6,981 bases of DNA, from NCBI GenBank assembly GCA_016840425.1, contig JAEOSI010000122.1:1-6981 (forward strand), in the 5' to 3' direction. Shown one piece after another: positions 5,210-6,981 of the stretch (the stretch's first letter is position 1; every line of letters begins with the position of its first letter). This DNA comes from Candidatus Wukongarchaeum yapensis (GTDB lineage Archaea > Asgardarchaeota > Wukongarchaeia > Wukongarchaeales > Wukongarchaeaceae). The notes beneath the pieces were generated by a model. That model saw nothing but the letters and a program-made list of their open reading frames with translations, was not told the DNA's origin and made no database searches. Position numbers and translations under genes: made by a program.

Positions 5210-6981
5210 ATGTCTTTTATAAAGAGTGGTTTAGGTTGGATCAAGGATAAAATCTCTCGTCCAAATGTTACTAGAAGCACGGTTCTTCATTACACGGTCT
5301 TATACCTTATCTTGCTTTTAGCTTTCCTATACAGGGTTTATCCTTATTTTAAATATGAACATATCCTTAAGGCTTACGACCCTTATTTCCAACTCCGTAT
5401 GGCGGAATACATAAACGAGAATGGTTTTGGCTCCTTCTTTGACTGGCATGATGAAAGGACGTGGTTTCCTGCAGGAACAGAATGGGGGAAAGCGGCTTAT
5501 CCAGGAACACCACTAGTCGCCGTGGCAATTTATAAGATCCTTAATTGGGTAGGATTTAGCATAAGTTTGTATACTGTTTGCTATTTTTTCCCCGCTATTT
5601 TTGGAACCTTAACAGTTTACATGATCTATAAACTCGGTACAGAACTGGCAAATGAAAAGGTTGGATTAATCGCGGCCTTCTTCTTATCCTTTAATCCTGC
5701 TTATGCTCAAAGATCAGTCGTAGGATTCTTCGATAACGAAGCTTTAGGAATATTCCTCATCATAACATCTTTTTACTTCTTCATAAAAAGCTTAAAGACT
5801 GGGTCGGTTACCAACGGCATCCTTGCAGGATTGTTCTTAGGATTCTTGGCTGCAAGTTGGGGTGCTTTCAGGTTTGCTTTAGATATGATTGCCATATATG
5901 CTTTTATTCTTCTCCTTCAAAAAAGATATTCAAACCGTTTACTCATATCTTACTCCCTAACAGTTTCCACAGCCTTACTCATGACTACGATAGTTCCAAG
6001 AACTGGCATGAGTATTGTTACGGGTGTTGAAGGAATTTTCCCCCTAGCAGTAATGGGGCTCCTGATTTTCTACGGATTGACAAACTACTTTTCAGACTTG
6101 ATGCCTAGGACTAGAAGTCCTTTTATGGAAAAATTGAGCGATTTATGGCTTCCAATCATTGTCGTCATTATTCCTTTATTTCTAGTTGCTCTATGGGCTT
6201 TTGGAGGCATCACTGGTATAAGCGGTAAGTTCCTAGGCGTACTATTACCAACAATAAGGGAGGGCACGCCCCTCATAAACTCAGTAAGTGAACACTTACC
6301 CCTTTCATGGGCCAACCTTTACTACTCCGTGGAAATACTGCTTTTCTTAGTGCCTGCAGGCGCTTATTTCCTGATGAGGAATCCAAGCGAAGAAAATATT
6401 TTTCTCCTAGTATTCGGTCTAACAACTATCTACTTTGCTTCTTCAATGGTGCGTTTAATCTTAATTTTTGCCCCTGCAGCATGTCTCATAGCCGCCCTAG
6501 CTATCGACAAAGTTTTGACACCCTACGCATTAGCCTTAAAAGAAAAACTAGCACTAAGCAGAAGAAAAGTAAGAATAAGCGCAATGATCGGAAAAGAACA
6601 AGCAGCAGTAGTCTACATATTCATAGGCATTCTCCTATCTCTAAACATGTGGCACGGCGTACAAGCAGTAGATGAACGATTAGGCCAACCCGAAATGGCA
6701 CCTACCATCGGAGACACAGTACTTGATGACTGGCAGCAGACTTTAGAATTTATGGATACTGCGCTTAATGAAAACACAGTAGTCCTATTTTGGTGGGATT
6801 ACGGCCACTGGGTGACGGCTCTAGGGAACGTTAGAACGCTTGCGGATGGGTCTACGATTAATAGTCTTCAGATTGGGCAGATTGGTCGTGCTTTGGTATT
6901 TAATGAGACGGAGTCTCTTAAGATTTTGTGGGCTTTTAGTGTGGATTATGTTTTGGTGAATTTTGCGGCGGCTGAGATGAA
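5210..6981 (+). CDS. aglB: STT3/AglB oligosaccharyltransferase catalytic subunit (3' truncated by window, at least 590 aa)
   Basis: Hand translation is open from ATG 5210 (GAGGGG RBS at 5198-5203) to the window end. Motifs: AYDPYF (D57, 5378), FFDNE (D175/E177, 5732-5740), SVSEH (6281-6295), MVRL, WWDYG (6791-6805) and DGSTINSLQI, with many hydrophobic TM segments. Confidence 0.96.
   Translation, partial: MSFIKSGLGWIKDKISRPNVTRSTVLHYTVLYLILLLAFLYRVYPYFKYEHILKAYDPYFQLRMAEYINENGFGSFFDWHDERTWFPAGTEWGKAAYPGTPLVAVAIYKILNWVGFSISLYTVCYFFPAIFGTLTVYMIYKLGTELANEKVGLIAAFFLSFNPAYAQRSVVGFFDNEALGIFLIITSFYFFIKSLKTGSVTNGILAGLFLGFLAASWGAFRFALDMIAIYAFILLLQKRYSNRLLISYSLTVSTALLMTTIVPRTGMSIVTGVEGIFPLAVMGLLIFYGLTNYFSDLMPRTRSPFMEKLSDLWLPIIVVIIPLFLVALWAFGGITGISGKFLGVLLPTIREGTPLINSVSEHLPLSWANLYYSVEILLFLVPAGAYFLMRNPSEENIFLLVFGLTTIYFASSMVRLILIFAPAACLIAALAIDKVLTPYALALKEKLALSRRKVRISAMIGKEQAAVVYIFIGILLSLNMWHGVQAVDERLGQPEMAPTIGDTVLDDWQQTLEFMDTALNENTVVLFWWDYGHWVTALGNVRTLADGSTINSLQIGQIGRALVFNETESLKILWAFSVDYVLVNFAAAEM

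Noticed and set aside
6085-6315. 76-aa minus-strand ORF
   Set aside because: Antisense shadow within aglB/STT3.
6307-6675. 122-aa plus-strand ORF
   Set aside because: Alternative frame inside aglB. The STT3 frame is continuous across it (SVSEH and WWDYG are in the same frame), so no frameshift is needed.
1-6981. tRNA, rRNA, CRISPR array, IS/transposase or integrase
   Set aside because: No cloverleaf, regularly spaced repeats, terminal inverted repeats or recombinase motifs were seen; nearly all the sequence is accounted for by protein genes.

Overview
AT-rich archaeal chromosomal window. Evidence for an archaeon: the UPF0147/UPF0148 pair, a RadB-like ATPase, and GGTGA/GAGG-type ribosome-binding sites. 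It carries eukaryote-like membrane glycosylation genes, which suggests an Asgard or related TACK lineage (inference). The ORF track misses the two largest genes because both run off the window; I translated both by hand. One is a minus-strand JAB/JAMM protease + middle domain + ThiF/E1 fusion (1656 to <1, at least 552 aa). The other is a plus-strand STT3/AglB oligosaccharyltransferase (5210 to >6981). Gene order: [JAB-x-E1](-), [Ubl-E2-like fusion](-), doubtful small hydrophobic ORF(-), UPF0148(-), UPF0147(-), RadB-like(+), OSTC/DC2-like OST3/OST6-family subunit(-), STT3/AglB(+). The most interesting feature is a compact two-gene ubiquitin-like conjugation module. A ubiquitin-fold domain ending at an internal Tyr-Gly (G80) is fused to an atypical E2-fold domain, and lies upstream of a gene joining an intact JAMM protease to an E1 with UBA5-like features. 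All family comparisons are from remembered motifs; no database search was run.
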